Positions 10,996 through 24,741 of a DNA stretch of 64,000 nucleotides are shown in pieces. The translations under genes and the position numbers were made by a program. This DNA comes from Octopus vulgaris (Eukaryota). Under the pieces are notes generated by a model that made no database searches, was not told the DNA's origin, and saw only the letters and a program-made list of their open reading frames with translations. Where the stretch lies: the NCBI GenBank assembly GCA_951406725.2, contig OX597831.1, positions 39,680,001 to 39,744,000 of the forward strand. The letters are read 5' to 3'. Every line of letters starts with the position of its first letter. Positions within the stretch are counted from its first letter, which is position 1.

Positions 10996-11739
10996 CATCT
11001 GATGTACCCCGACATGATTTTACCTAATTCTCATTTCTTTACCGGTAGTAATTAATAAATATTTATAAATGGCATTTTATTTCTCACTCTCTCTCCCTCT
11101 CTCTCTCTTCATATGTATTTGTTCTTTCTTTACTTTTTTTCTTCCCTCTGTTTCTTTCTCTCCTTTCAGCTCCGGCTGATGTTGCTACAATGTTCACAAC
11201 TCGTGCCCCACCCCAACTCCAATTAAGACGACTTTAATTGCCTGTTTCTTTAATTGAACGTGCAGTGGGCTGTCTTGAAGTAGTGGTTAAATGTGTCTTC
11301 TTCATTTCCTAGATTAAGTTAATTAATCAATGAATTGTCTGTTTAAAATATACTGCATTACTATACAGCTTCTATATACTTTACTTTTTTTTTTTTTTTG
11401 CTTTTTCTGTTGCTTCTTTTACTCATTGGAATGTGGCCATGCTGGTGCACTAACTTAAGGGATTTAGTTATCTCAAGCCAACCCCATTTTGTATTTTCTT
11501 TCTTTGTAGTTTTTGCAAAACTGCTAAGTTATGGGGATGTAAACAAACCAGTACTGGTTGTCAAGTGATGTGTGTGTGTGTGTTGGAGAGGGGGGAAGAG
11601 AACTGGACCCCTGTCAGTTACGATGACAAGGGTTCCAGTTGATCCGATCAATGGAACAGCTTGCTGGAGAAAATTTATCTGTAAGTGGCTGACTACTCCA
11701 CAGACAAGCATACTTTTCACCCTTTAGTATATATATATA

Positions 11740-12150
11740 TCATCATCATCATCATCATTTAACGTCCGCTTTTCATGCTAGCATGAGTTGGACGGTTCAA
11801 CTGGGGTCTGGGGAGCCCGAAGGCTGCACCAGGTCAGTCAGATCTGGCAGTGTTTCTACAGCTGGATGCCCTTCCTAACGCCAACCACTCCGAGAGTGTA
11901 GTGGGTGATTTTATGTGCCACCGACACAGGTGCCAGACGAGGCTGGTGAACGGCCATGCTCGGATGGTGTTTTTATGTGCCACCGACACAGGTGCCAGAT
12001 GAGGCTGGCGAACGGCCACGATCGGATGGTGTTTGTTACGTGCCTACAGCACGGAGGCCAGTCGATGCGGTACTGGCTACTGCCACGTTCGGATGGTTTT
12101 CTTGTGTACCACCGGCACTGGTACCACAAAGATACAAATTCCATTGATGT
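11740..12150 (-). mobile_element. RTE LINE 3'UTR copy (family C) with about 4 internal ~62-bp units
   Basis: (CAT)n tail, conserved core, repeated TTATGTGCCACCG..CGGATGGTG. Confidence 0.85.
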
Positions 12151-12344
12151 TCATCTATTTTGATTTGTTTATGGCCTATGTAGTATAAATGTATATAAAT
12201 GGGGCTAATTTTAGCTATCTCTCTATAGATTGATAAAATGACAAACAGCCTCAATCAATTTTCAAGCATTATTGGACTCTCATCAGGTGTCAACATTAAT
12301 TTAACCAATCCTAGAGAAACAAGCAACCTATCTGATTATATACT

Positions 12345-12552
12345 TAAGAAATCCCGATTACTTTGTCAAGTTCAATGCTTATGTATTTGCGTTGTTTTGA
12401 ATTAATCATGCATTATCTTGTAGCCTTGAGATTTCAACGATGTCATTATATTCTCGTAGAATGAAATTGTAGGGTAGGTGTGAGAGGCCATATCTGGTCG
12501 ATTCAGATGTAAAACCAGTAGAATATTTCGGCTAGTTTAGATGCTAAAGGGT
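12345..12552. mobile_element. second piggyBac-like MITE (family H); further copies near 49118-49316, 50440-50625 and 59400-59496
   Basis: shared GTAGGGTAGGTGTGAGAGGCC body and ATGCTAAAGGG|TT(G/A)A end. Confidence 0.65.
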
Positions 12553-12586
12553 TGATATAATCCTCAAGGAGATTCAGCATCACACG

Positions 12587-12651
<65 letters not shown>

Positions 12652-13394
12652 CTTTCAGTACCCAATGCTTTTCCTGTCACCAACGATTTCACAGTATGGA
12701 CTGAGAGTATCGTTTATTTTTGTGCTACCCACAGGTGCTCTAGACGCTGGGGTTGTCTGCATCATGACTGAAGTGTCTGCTCTCTCTACTACTCCACCCC
12801 CACCCCCCCCTTCACCGCCCGCTCCTCATCTGCTGTCATTTTCTTTAAAGATTAAAATAAATACTGCAAGACTTTATTATTCTGTATGTTATTGATTTAT
12901 ATTAAAGCCACTTCATTCACTACATTACATGGCTTACTGCAATAAAGATTGCTTTATGTTTGTGTGTATGTGTATATATATATATATAAGTATATATGTG
13001 CTTGTGTATATGTGTGTGTGTATATGTATGTGTGTGTGTGAATGTAAGTATATACATATGTCTATATATATATAAGTATATACATATGTGTATGTATGTG
13101 AAAGTATATACATGTGTCTATATATATAAGTATATACATATGTATGTTTCTGTTTATATGTAAGTATATGTGTATGTGTGTATATATATATGTATATATA
13201 TAGATATATATAATGTATGTGTGTATGTATGTATAAGCATAATATATGTATTTTATCTTAAATAAAACATAAAATTTATTTTCCTTTGATAAGCAAGTAT
13301 TAGACTCCAAAAATAAGTTGTCTCTGAGGCATCCAAATCAGTCTTCATATAGCATTTCTTACACACACGCACACACACACACATCTTTTGCTTT

Positions 13395-13725
13395 TTTCTG
13401 TCATTAGACTGCAGCCTTGCTGGGGCATTTCTTTGAAAAAATTTCTTAGTCATACAGATCAACCCCTCTACTGACTTACTTAATTCTGGTACTTATTCTG
13501 TCAGTCTCTTTTGCTGAACTACTAAGTTACTGCGATGTAAACAAACCAAGACCTGTTGTCAAGTGGTGATGCTAGGAGACACGGGATGGACTTCCACAGT
13601 CTCTATCAAATTCACTTAAAGCATTGGTAAGTCCAGGGCTTTAATACATGACACTTGCCTAAGATGCTGAGCAGTGGGACTGAACCCAAGACCATGTGCT
13701 TGCAAGGTAAGCTTTTTAGCCACAA
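13395..13725 (-). mobile_element. SINE family A, diverged
   Basis: reverse complement of family A tail, body and head. Confidence 0.75.
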
Positions 13726-13958
13726 ATCAATATATATATACACATATAAATTTTCTTGAGAACATTCCTTTCTTAGTGGTAAGACCATAGGGGGTCGACT
13801 TCTAGCATAATGGCTGTCCAGTTAGTGGTCATCCCTCTTATATGTATGTAATATAATTTTTCTGAATTTTCAGATTTTTCTAAATGCTAGACCACTGGTT
13901 TTAAATTGATATTAATTAAATTAATATTCACCCTTATTATTTTTCACCCTTATTTTAA

Positions 13959-14022
<64 letters not shown>

Positions 14023-14687
14023 CTCAAGGGTTGAACAGACAGAACACAACAAGGAGAAAAAGTTAGACGAAAGCAGAGCAAACGGGAAACTAGATGAAAA
14101 CTTAATGGATGGGGAATATAGACGAAGACATGATACATGGAATATTTGCTGCTGAGTTTTCTTCTTCAGCCAATGGACCAAAATATCATTGGTTTTGTGC
14201 CATTATCATTGAGATATCTCAATTTTGGAGGTGCCAGAGCTGTTATTAAGCTACAGGGAAAAAGCTAGTGAATGCATACTGAGACAGAAATAAACAAGAC
14301 ATATAAATACAACAGACGAAGAATTAAGGATATATAATAGCACGAAGCCTTATGGCTATATCCATCAGAAAGAAGAAAAGATAATTATACAAATGCCACA
14401 AATACAATAGAAAGAGCTTTGCAGCTGTCGAACAAACTTACTGGGGTTGCACAGGGTGAAATGGATTAAGTCCAAATGGACGTAGCAGAAGCCAAGACCA
14501 GCATGACCTGTCTGGTCCAAAATATATAAATATATATATAAAATACTTGACTGCGTGGTTAAGAAATCTGCTTTGCAATCATGTGCTTTTGGTTTCAGTT
14601 TCATAGCATGGCACCTTGGGCAAGTATCTTCTCCTATAACATGGAAATTAAAAGGAACGTTGTTTTGTGTGTGAGTGTGTGTATATA

Positions 14688-14738
<51 letters not shown>

Positions 14739-15984
14739 GTATGCACACGTGTATGTGTGTGTATATGAGTCAGATTTTCAACTGTTGGATGCCCTTAGTG
14801 TCACCAGCCCTCACCTTTTTTTGAAGAAATTCAATATTCTCTATGACATGCTTTTTATGGCAGACTGGAAATGAAGATCACCACTTTTATGCTATTTATA
14901 CTTGCTTACACCTGTCACATGATGACAAGGCAAAGACACCGTAACTAACACACAAGCAAACTTTTATATGCATGTATGTGTATGTATATATATATATACC
15001 TAAATAAAGTATTTCTCGCCACACAGCCACTCCTGCACATATATACTGACAAGTAGTTGGGAAGCAGACTCCTTACCACAGCTGTACCCGTGGCATTCCG
15101 AGTTCAAATCTAACTGAACTGAACTTTGCTTTTCATTCTTCGGGGGTCAGTTAAACGAAATATCCGTGAAGTACTGCAGTTAATGTAATTGGCAGGTTCC
15201 TCTTAACATATTCTTTTGCTGTGCATTCATAACAAGTTAGTTTTAAGATCGTAGTTAGAGCCAAGACCATGTGCTTGCAAGGTAAGCTTTTTAGCCACAA
15301 ATCAATATATATATATATATATTACATACATATAAATTTTTTTGAGAACATTCCTTTCCTAGTGGTAAGACCATAGGGGGTCGACTTAGCCCCCACACTT
15401 GTTTTTTTTTTTTTTTGATATTTTTGTAATTTGTTGCTGCTCAAGTAGCAGTATTGATAATGGCCCCCTCCTTTAGTGGCTTTGTATGATATCATGTTTG
15501 TACCCAAGGGTTAGCTTTGCCTCACATCTACTCATCTACTTCAGAACTCTAAAACTGGGAGTTAATCACCAGATCTTGAGAGACCCATGTCAGTATTTTG
15601 TTCTGTTGTGTATGTACTTAAATATGTGCCTGCACTGCCTTCAGAAATGGTCCTTATCTGATTAAGCCTATTACAATTCCGGCAGGATTTGAAATATATA
15701 TCAACAAATAATAGTAATAATAATAATAATGATTATGATGATTTCTTTTATTTGGCACCAGGGAACAATACAAAGACAGACATGAAGTGTGGGGGTTTAC
15801 ATTATAATGGAATGATAAAATAAAAAGTATACATGAAGAAGGGAAATATACATAGAAAAAGAGGGGGGGTGATTGTGATGGGTTCCCCCAGATTCAGGAG
15901 CACCTCTAGGGATAATCAAGGAACCTCACCATCCAATAAAATTAATAATTTTAGCATAATTGGCATAATTTTGGGATAAAGCCA

Positions 15985-16160
15985 GCAATTTCGTGGGAGG
16001 AGGTGAGTTGCTTACATTGACCCCTAGTACTTATTTTGGTGACCCCCTCGAAGGGATGAAAGGTAAAGTTGACCTCAGCAGCATTTGAACTCAGAAGCGA
16101 GAAGAAATGCTGCTAAGCATTTGTGTGGCATGCTAATGATTCTACCAACTTACCGCCTTA
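15985..16160 (-). mobile_element. Nin/Deu-domain SINE (family B)
   Basis: GGGATGAAAGGTAAAGTTGACCTC...TTTGAACTCAGAA. Confidence 0.75.
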
Positions 16161-16559
16161 GTAGCAGTAATAATAATAATAATAATAATAATGATGATGA
16201 TGATTAAATAGTTATAGAAATGAAAATGGATGCCAGAAAATGAAAATATAATTGCTAAAAAAAAAAAAAAGGTGAACCATTTCAGTGAATGTAGGATTGG
16301 GGGAAGAGGTGTTCAGTTTCTGTTCCAAGTCACTACCTCCACACCTTTCTGAAATTGCAGGCACCACCACCTTTTCCTTTTCCTTTCTTGTTTTTTTTTT
16401 TTTTTTTTTTTTGAATTTCTCACTACCTACTACTTAGATGCGTCTCCTTATCAAGTGGAGGGGTTAGTTATGCATGCACTTGATTGCGTTCCCCCAGGTA
16501 ATCAAACTGAAAACTTAGCTCTGTGTATGTCAGCATATAGATGAGTATCTAAGTGTGTA

Positions 16560-16611
<52 letters not shown>

Positions 16612-16815
16612 CATACACACACAAGCATATGCAGCTCTCTCTTACCCATGAGCTGCTTTTTTTTTTAACTTACCGCTAATTGTGGAAAAACAAAAAACGT
16701 GTACACACACACACTTATCTCAACACCAGTTTGACTCTATCTCCCATAATGGCTTGGGATGGGCATACAAGCAACCAAACATACACACAAATGTATGTGA
16801 TGTATGTATGTATGT

Positions 16816-16863
<48 letters not shown>

Positions 16864-17397
16864 CTACACGTGCATTTGTATATATACATATATATGTGTG
16901 TGTGTGTATATATATATATATATACTGTTGGTTTCTTCTTTTGTTTTCTCTATTTATATTCTTTTGATCTAAGAACAGGTCAGTCTGTTGGAATATATTC
17001 AGCTTTTTGCAGTTTTTATCTTTGTTTTTTTTTTCTCTTTCACTAGATTAGAAATTTTTTTTTCAAATAAGTTCTGTTTTGTTCCCGTTTCTAAATAGTT
17101 CTCACTCATTGTTAAAATGGTTTTTCAATGGCTTAAATTAATAATGAATTCTTACAGATGTGTGTGTGTATATATATATACATACATATATACACCCACA
17201 TACATAGAAAACAAGGTTATTTTAATTCACATGGGTAGGAACATAGGATAAATAGAAGATGAAAATGCACTGAGAATAGTTAGAAGTATTTTTTCATTCA
17301 CTGGTTTCACAGTTTACACTGATTTTCAAAAAGTTGAAATAGAAAGAAGTGGCTTATGTTGCTTCTGACTTGTGTTTGAAGCTTGTCCTATTTTTAT

Positions 17398-17462
17398 AGG
17401 GAGTTCATGGCTCAGATTAGGGAGTTCATGGCTCAAATTAAGGAGTTCATAGCTCAAATTAG
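17398..17462. repeat. 21-bp tandem repeat, 3 copies
   Basis: GGGAGTTCATGGCTCAGATTA units. Confidence 0.9.
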
Positions 17463-17626
17463 TATATGTTTTGATTGGAAGAGGACAGTCACATGACTGG
17501 TCTTAGAAATTTTAGGCCTATTGTTGCAGGCCTGAATTGTGAAGGACACTGACTCAGCAACTTTTCAGATGTATTACTGAAACCTATTTCAAAATGCATA
17601 CCAAATCTTGTATGGGACGACCTGTA

Positions 17627-18715
17627 TCTAAATCACCTACGTGCTCGAATCAAGTGGTCCTGGTCCATTTTGGACATTACTCTGACTATGGCAGCTTTCA
17701 AAGAATCTTTGGTGTTATTGGCATGTTCATTGACCTCTCTCTCAACAACACTCCACATGTAATAATAGTCTAATGGATTGAGATCTGGGGAATTAGGAGG
17801 CCAAATGTTAGGAGTTATGTGATCATGAAAACTTTCTGCCATCCATTCTTGTGTTATTAGAGCCATATGTGATAGTGCAGAGTGTTACTGAAGCTTATTT
17901 GACCTTCCATTGCATACACTGTCTATCCAGGGCTTAACAGTTGTTTCCAGGACCTCAGTGTAGGTGGCAGAGTTAAGTCTAAAGCCTTGTAGAAAGAAGT
18001 AAGGAGGCATCACATGTCCTTCATTGCTGATAACCCCTAAAAACCACGACAGTTGCAAGAAGTCTTGTATGCATAACACTTGGAGCTTCAGAAGTGTCTG
18101 CACATAACCATCTGTCATTTCTTCTGTTGATTTTTTGATCTTGGTTGAAAATTTTCTTATTCGAGAAAAACCAAATCAAATCTTCTGCTAGATTTTTCAG
18201 TTTGTTTAAGATCCTTTTAGATCTGATGTAGTGATTTTCTTTTGCTTTTTCTGACAAATTGACCTTTCCTTATTATATAAGACTTATCTGATGCCTTTGT
18301 GGGCAACATTTCTGACTTCCTTCTGGCACATGGCGATCTTTTACAATTGACCTCATGGACTTTCGGGGATTGTAATGAACGGTCTGTTGAATTTGCTGGA
18401 TAAATTCAAGTGCTCTGATGATTTCAGAGCATTTAGAATGCTTTGTATGCTTTGATACTGGTGATACGTTTCCATCTTCAGTCTGTAGCTCCTTACAAAC
18501 TTTGTTGACAAAAGATCTGGCAACTTTTAAAAGTCGAGATATTTCTAAATCGCTATGCTCACCCTTTACAACCACAATAAGAGCATGCCTCTTCATTTCT
18601 TGAGTAAGCTGAGGTTCTGCCATTATTATCTTCTGAAACAAAGATTATACAGAGATAGCAAAAAATGCAGCAATGACCTAAAAAAAGCACATTCTCAAAT
18701 ACCTCACACACCCTC
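17627..18715 (-). pseudogene. decayed DD37D (maT) Tc1/mariner transposon with frameshifted transposase
   Basis: four ORF fragments: N-terminal HTH-like region, WFFS(N)KK, SNEGHVMPPYFF, WPPNSPDLNPLDY; 37 residues between the mutated D2 position and D3; 5' TIR-like end ..CACACCCTC|TA. Confidence 0.85.
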
Positions 18716-19217
18716 TATATATATATATTTATATAGGTTATATACATTATGTGTGTGTGTATGTATAATATATATATGTTAAAATGAGGTTGTTTGGGTG
18801 AAGCATTGTCAGGCATAGCTTTAAAGAATATAGTTGTGTAAAGCTGGAACAATGCGAGGAGGTTCAAAGTAAACTACAAAAGGAAGAGAAAACAATGAAA
18901 TTGCAGATCTACCTTGTATTTCTATATTTTGGGGTGAGCCTGGTGCAGCTATCTGGTTCGCCAGTCCTCAGTCAAATCGTCCAACCCATGCTAGCATATG
19001 TATGTATATATATTACAGAGATGTACTGGCATAGCAAGTAACCTGATCTGAGATCATGTGCTGAAACAAAAGCAATTGCAGCATGGAAGGTGTTTATAAG
19101 CCATTTAAAAACACACAAAAACCGTTAGATTCACTTCAACATTTAAAGTTGTCAAAATATTTTCGTCGATTTGAGACTGCAACCTGTACATATATACACA
19201 CATGAATACTTTGTGCC

Positions 19218-19250
<33 letters not shown>

Positions 19251-19791
19251 CTACACACATGCATATACACACAAATCACACCGCCATGCCCTTGGCACAA
19301 AAGCATTTGAAACATTTAAAAGAATAAAAGAAGAAAATATTAGAACCTCTTCCAAACACCTGCATGAGTTAATGAGGGAACCTCAAAGCAATCATTTACC
19401 CTACTGGAAATAGCAATCAAAATTCCCTTAAATTACACCCTACTGTCTTGGTGCATTGTGTAAGACGTCTCATTTGAATAATAGACAGGCTTGATTCAAA
19501 GTTGTCCTGGGGTTAAACAGTGATCAGTTATTGGAATAAGAGAGTAGTAGATAATTAGATACCACTGATTCAAGCAGTCGGGCTTTGGAACTAACTACCA
19601 GATTGAATTCACCTTGTGGGGGTGGAGAAGTTTCCTGCGATAGACCAATGTCCTCCACCTGGAGAAAATTTTGCCTCACTCTTTCTGTTTTTCCCTTTCA
19701 CTTTCTCTCTTTTTTTCTTTCTCTCTCACTTTCTCACTCTCTCTCTCTTTCTCTTTCTTTCTCTCTTCTGTTAACATATGAGTGAGCTTCT

Positions 19792-20025
19792 TATTTCTTT
19801 ACTGCCCACAAGGGGCTACACATAGAGAGGACAAACAAGGACAGATAAACGGATTAAGTCGATTACATTGACCCCAGTGCGTAACTGGTACTTAATTTAT
19901 CAACCCCGAAAGGATGAAAGACAAAGTCGATCTTGGCGGAATTCGAACTCAGAATGTAGCAGCAGACGAAATACCGCTAACCATTTCACCCGGCATGCTA
20001 ATGTTTCTGCCAGCTCGCCGCCTTA
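19792..20025 (-). mobile_element. Nin/Deu-domain SINE (family B), full length
   Basis: perfect 16-bp TSD ATATGAGTGAGCTTCT at 19776-19791 and 20026-20041. Confidence 0.92.
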
Positions 20026-20102
20026 ATATGAGTGAGCTTCTGTGTGGCTGTTAGACTTGCTAGAAAATAACAAATTCCCCCACAAATCTCAAACCATTTT
20101 AA

Positions 20103-20348
20103 CCCTTTTGTTACCATTTTTTTTTTTTTTTAGTTACACTTCCTTTGTTTCCTTCAATTCAGGAAATAATGAAGAATTTTTCTGAAATATTATTAATTAT
20201 TCATTTACTAAAATATCATTAATCCGTTGTTTGGATCATAAATTAACATGGAATTTTGATGGAAGGTTTTGATTTAAATCGTTTTAAAATAGGAAATTTG
20301 TATCACAGCATCAGAGGCTGTCTCAGGCAGGATTGGTATCAAAAATGG
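20103..20348. mobile_element. piggyBac-like MITE, family D variant
   Basis: TTAA|CCCTTTTGTTACC ... GGTATCAAAAATGG|TTAT. Confidence 0.65.
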
Positions 20349-20552
20349 TTATAAAGAAGGAAAAAATAGATTGGTTGGGAATCAAGCTTCTTACTACACA
20401 GCCATGCCCTCACCTACCTTACCACACAGTCACACCTGGATGATGATTATGATGAACAGGATGACAGGCTTCTTTCAGTTTCTGTTTATCGAATCCAATC
20501 ATAAAGTCTTGGTTAGCTTGGGGCTATAATACGACACTTGGAAGACACTTAA

Positions 20553-21080
20553 CCATTTTGTTACCACATTTCAGTTGAAGGCGTGTGGCTTAGTGGTTAG
20601 GGCATTTGACTCGCGATCGTAAACGTGTCGGTTCAATTCCTGGCAACATGTTGTCCTTGAGCAAGACATTTTATTTCACGTTGCTCCAGTCCACTCAGCT
20701 GGCACAAATTAGGAGAACTTGTATTTCAAAGAGCTGGCCTTGTTACACTTTGTGTCATGCTGAATCTCCCTGAGAATTCTGTTCAGGGTACACGTGTCTG
20801 TGGAGTGCTCAGCCACTTGCATATTAATTTCACGAGCAGGACTCTTGTTGTCGTAACCGACAGAGTTCTCCGTCTTTCTGTTGAGATGCTCTGTGTTTCT
20901 TTCAATTAATTTTAATTATTACAAAGAATTTAGTAAAATAACTTAGTTATCATTAAGCTAGTGTTAGGAACATAAATTGTGACTAAGGTTTGATGGAAGA
21001 TTTTAATTCAAAACTTAAGAAAACAAGACATTTGTACTACTGAGCCAGAGGTGGTTACAGCCAGGTTGGTTTCGAAATGG
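20553..21080. mobile_element. piggyBac-like MITE (family D) interrupted by a SINE
   Basis: TTAA on both sides; body resumes at TTTCTGTTGAGATGCTC after the insertion. Confidence 0.8.
20577..20874 (+). mobile_element. tRNA-derived SINE (family E, tail variant 2)
   Basis: A and B boxes; TSD TTTC(A/T)GTTGA; tail GTCGTAACCGAC. Confidence 0.8.
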
Positions 21081-21414
21081 TTAATCAAAGTGGTGAGCTG
21101 GCAGAATTCTTGGCACAGTTGACAAAATGCTCAGTGGCATTTCTTCATTATTTAAATTCTGTCAAGGTTGATTTTTGCCTTTTATCTCTTTTAGGGGTGG
21201 GTGGGGTCATTAAAATAAGCACCAGTTGAGCATTGGGGTTGATGTAATCTGTTAGTCCCCCTTTTATAAAATTTCAGGTCTTGAACCTATAAATAGAAAG
21301 GATTATTATTATTATTATATTGTAGGTAATGGTCAGATGTATGTACACACACATAAACATACACGCTTATATATGCATACACACATAAACAGATACATGT
21401 TTTCACACATATAA

Positions 21415-21447
<33 letters not shown>

Positions 21448-21964
21448 AATATAAAATTGGAACAAAAACGCAATAGAGGGCGTTAAAATGTTTGGACAGA
21501 TAGACGACAGAAAGGCGGACTAGAGAAACAACAATTAGGACAGAATCAACAATTAGGACAAGCAAAAAAGAAAGGTTATTCTTGGCTTTTTCCCATAAAA
21601 CTCTTCAATTTTGGTTAAAATGGGGAAGAGGTGTTAAAATATATAAGCGAATTTTAATTCATGCAGACGATTGTTTCGTATAAAATCGCAATATAAAAAT
21701 CGAGCAAATTCATGGTTGAATAGAATTAATTAAATTAGATTAAATTGCAGTAATTAGATTAGATTAAATTATATTAATTATATATCACAGTACTCTTCAG
21801 TGCAAGAAGTATAAACAAAATTTTTACAAAGGACTTGAGAAAAGGGAAAAGCAGAATAAGGATCTAGGAGATTCATATTTATCCTTATGAGAAAGAAAGA
21901 TATGTGTGAGTTCAGTTGAGAACCCTCCAGATTAAAGGATGAATCTAATTCAAGTTCTTTACAA

Positions 21965-21998
<34 letters not shown>

Positions 21999-22341
21999 GC
22001 TTTGATGATGTTCCACTGACTTATTTTCTACTTTTGTGCAGTTGAAATATTTTGCCACCCCTCTCCTACCCACCTACACATAGACTTACTCACACATGAT
22101 TTCTTCCTTTCATAATAAACCCCACCCATCTCTCTCTCTCACACACATACGCACACACACATACAAACACCCCTTGTGCTATACAGCCAAGATGAGAAAT
22201 CCACTTAACACAAACAGTTCTTTATTTGAATTGGATTCTATATTAAAAATAATGCAAAATATACAAGTAAAAGATTAAGAAATAACCAAAGAAAAATGAA
22301 TGAATAAATAAATATGTATATAAATATATACATACATACAT

Positions 22342-22379
<38 letters not shown>

Positions 22380-22404
22380 GTACATATATATATACACAAA
22401 CACG

Positions 22405-22473
<69 letters not shown>

Positions 22474-22485
22474 TTTACTTTTTTT

Positions 22486-22689
22486 TTACTTTTTTACTTG
22501 TTTCAGTCATTTGACTGCGGCCATGCTGGAGCACTGCCTTTAGTCGAGCAAATCGACCTTGGGACTTATTCTTTGTAAGCCCAGTACTTATTCTATCGGT
22601 CTCTTTTGCCGAACCGCTAAGTGACGGGGACGTAAACACATCAGCATCGGTTGTCAAGCAATGCTAGGGGGCCAAACACAGACACACAA

Positions 22690-22726
<37 letters not shown>

Positions 22727-22892
22727 CATATATACGACAGGCTTCTTTCAGTTTCTGTCTACCAAATCCACTCACAAGGCATTGGTTGGCCCGGGGCTAT
22801 AGCAGAAGACATTTGCCCAAGATGCCACGCAGTGGCACTGAACCCGGAACTATGTGGTTGGTTAGCAAGCTACTTACCACACAGCAACTCCT
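22486..22892 (-). mobile_element. SINE family A, full length
   Basis: close reverse-complement match to the other A copies. Confidence 0.92.
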
Positions 22893-23504
22893 ATATCTAT
22901 ATACATATGAGAAACACACACATACATGTATGTATATATATATATATATGTGTGTGTATGTATATATATATATACACACATATATACATATAAGATACAC
23001 ACACGTGTGTGTGTGTGTATATATATATATCATCATCATCGTTTAACGTCCATGATGCGAAATATATATATATATAAATAGTATTCTTTGGCTACTTAAA
23101 ATTTCTGTAGTTGTAATTAAATGAACAAGGGAGCTTCTTCAAAATCCTTTGACCTACTGACAAAATACCTACCAAAATCTGCCTGTCTGTCTGTCTCTCT
23201 CTCTCTCAGCTACATTCATACCTACACAGATGCTTACAGGCATACACAGAATTTCCTCTCACCTTGCCTCTGTTATCTTTAAAGTAGATTTCCATATGTT
23301 TTAAATAGTTTAAAAACGAAAAAAGGTCATAGCAGCCATTGAAATGAATGAGCCTGTACACAGTCGCTAGATCTCTCAGAAACAGCAGCCAGAATTCAAA
23401 ATCCGTTGACCTACTGACGAGTTCCAAACACACACACACACTCTGTCTCTCCTCTCTTACACACACATGGATATATATATATATACACACACATACACAC
23501 ACCC

Positions 23505-23991
23505 ATGTGTGGTAAGTAGCTCACTTACCAACCACATGGTTCCAGGTTCAGTCCCACTGTGTTGCACCTTGGGCAAAGTGTCTTCTACTATAGCCTCTGG
23601 CTGACCAAAGCATTGTGAGTGGATTTGGTCCATGGAAACTGAAAGAAGCCTGTCGTATATATGTATATACATATATACAAAGTGGCACTGTGGGCAAGTG
23701 TCTCAAGCTGACCAAAGCCTTGTGAGTGGATTTGGTTGATGGAAACTGAAAGAAGCCCGTCGTATATATATATGCATATATGTATGTATATGTTTGTGTA
23801 TCTGTGTCTGTCCCACCAACATTGCTTGTCAACTGATGCTGGTGTGTTTACGTCCACGTCACTTAGTGGTTTGGCAAGAGAGACTGATAGAATAAGGACT
23901 AGGCTTGCAAAGAATAAGTCCTGGGGTCGATTTGCTCAACTAAAGGTGGTGCTCCAGCATGGCCACAGTCAAATGGCTGACACAAAAGAAT
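23505..23991 (+). mobile_element. SINE family A with internal duplication of the core
   Basis: GGGCAA(A)GTGTCT...GAAAGAAGCC segment occurs twice. Confidence 0.88.
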
Positions 23992-24165
23992 ATACACACT
24001 CGCATATACATACACATACACACACATACATGCAAGTACAGATGTACATATGCTTGACCTGCTAGAAATAGTAGCCAGATTCAAAATCTCTTGACCTACT
24101 GACAGGTACCCCACAATATTTCTCTTTCTCCCTCACTCATGCACACAGATTTATATACACATACA

Positions 24166-24229
<64 letters not shown>

Positions 24230-24741
24230 CACACACACAACTTCCTTTCACCTCACCTCTTTTATCTTTGAAATAGATTCCATATGTTCCAAACAGTTAA
24301 AAATAGAAATTAAAAAAAAAAAAAAAAGGTCATGCCAGCTAGTGAGATGAACGAGCCTCTATGATTACTTGTCTTGCTAGAAATAGCAACCAGAATTTTT
24401 GTCTAAGCTTGGGATCATAGACAACCCCTTGGAAAGGATCTATGTGGCTATTTGAATGAATCAATGCCCTTTTGAAACGATTTTGAGCACTAAAGATGCT
24501 GAATCATTAACAAACTGAATCTGGGAGGATGCGGTAATTTAAGGCTAAAACTCACGAATTTCCATCCAATTATTGATGCAATGACTAAAACGCAGCTTAA
24601 CCCTTAAAAATTGAGATTATTTTGTCAAATTGTTTTGAATTATCCCTTTAGTGTTTAAATTACTCTGCCAGATGTAAAGCTTCATTATCACCATCATCAT
24701 CATCAGTTAACACCCACTTTCTATGCTGGCATGGGTTAGAC

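Noticed and set aside
10538-11015. R/E/G-rich and S/L/P-rich ORFs (also 41611-42064)
   Set aside because: Products of CT/GA low-complexity tracts.
12250-12295. Minus-strand CTGATGA-GAGT..GCTT-GAAA hammerhead core
   Set aside because: No cleavable NUH triplet or stem I pairing could be built; at best a decayed remnant.
14025-14520. Possible Penelope 3' remnant on the minus strand (LLRPFGLN; CTGAAGAAG)
   Set aside because: Similarity is too short and degenerate to support without a search.
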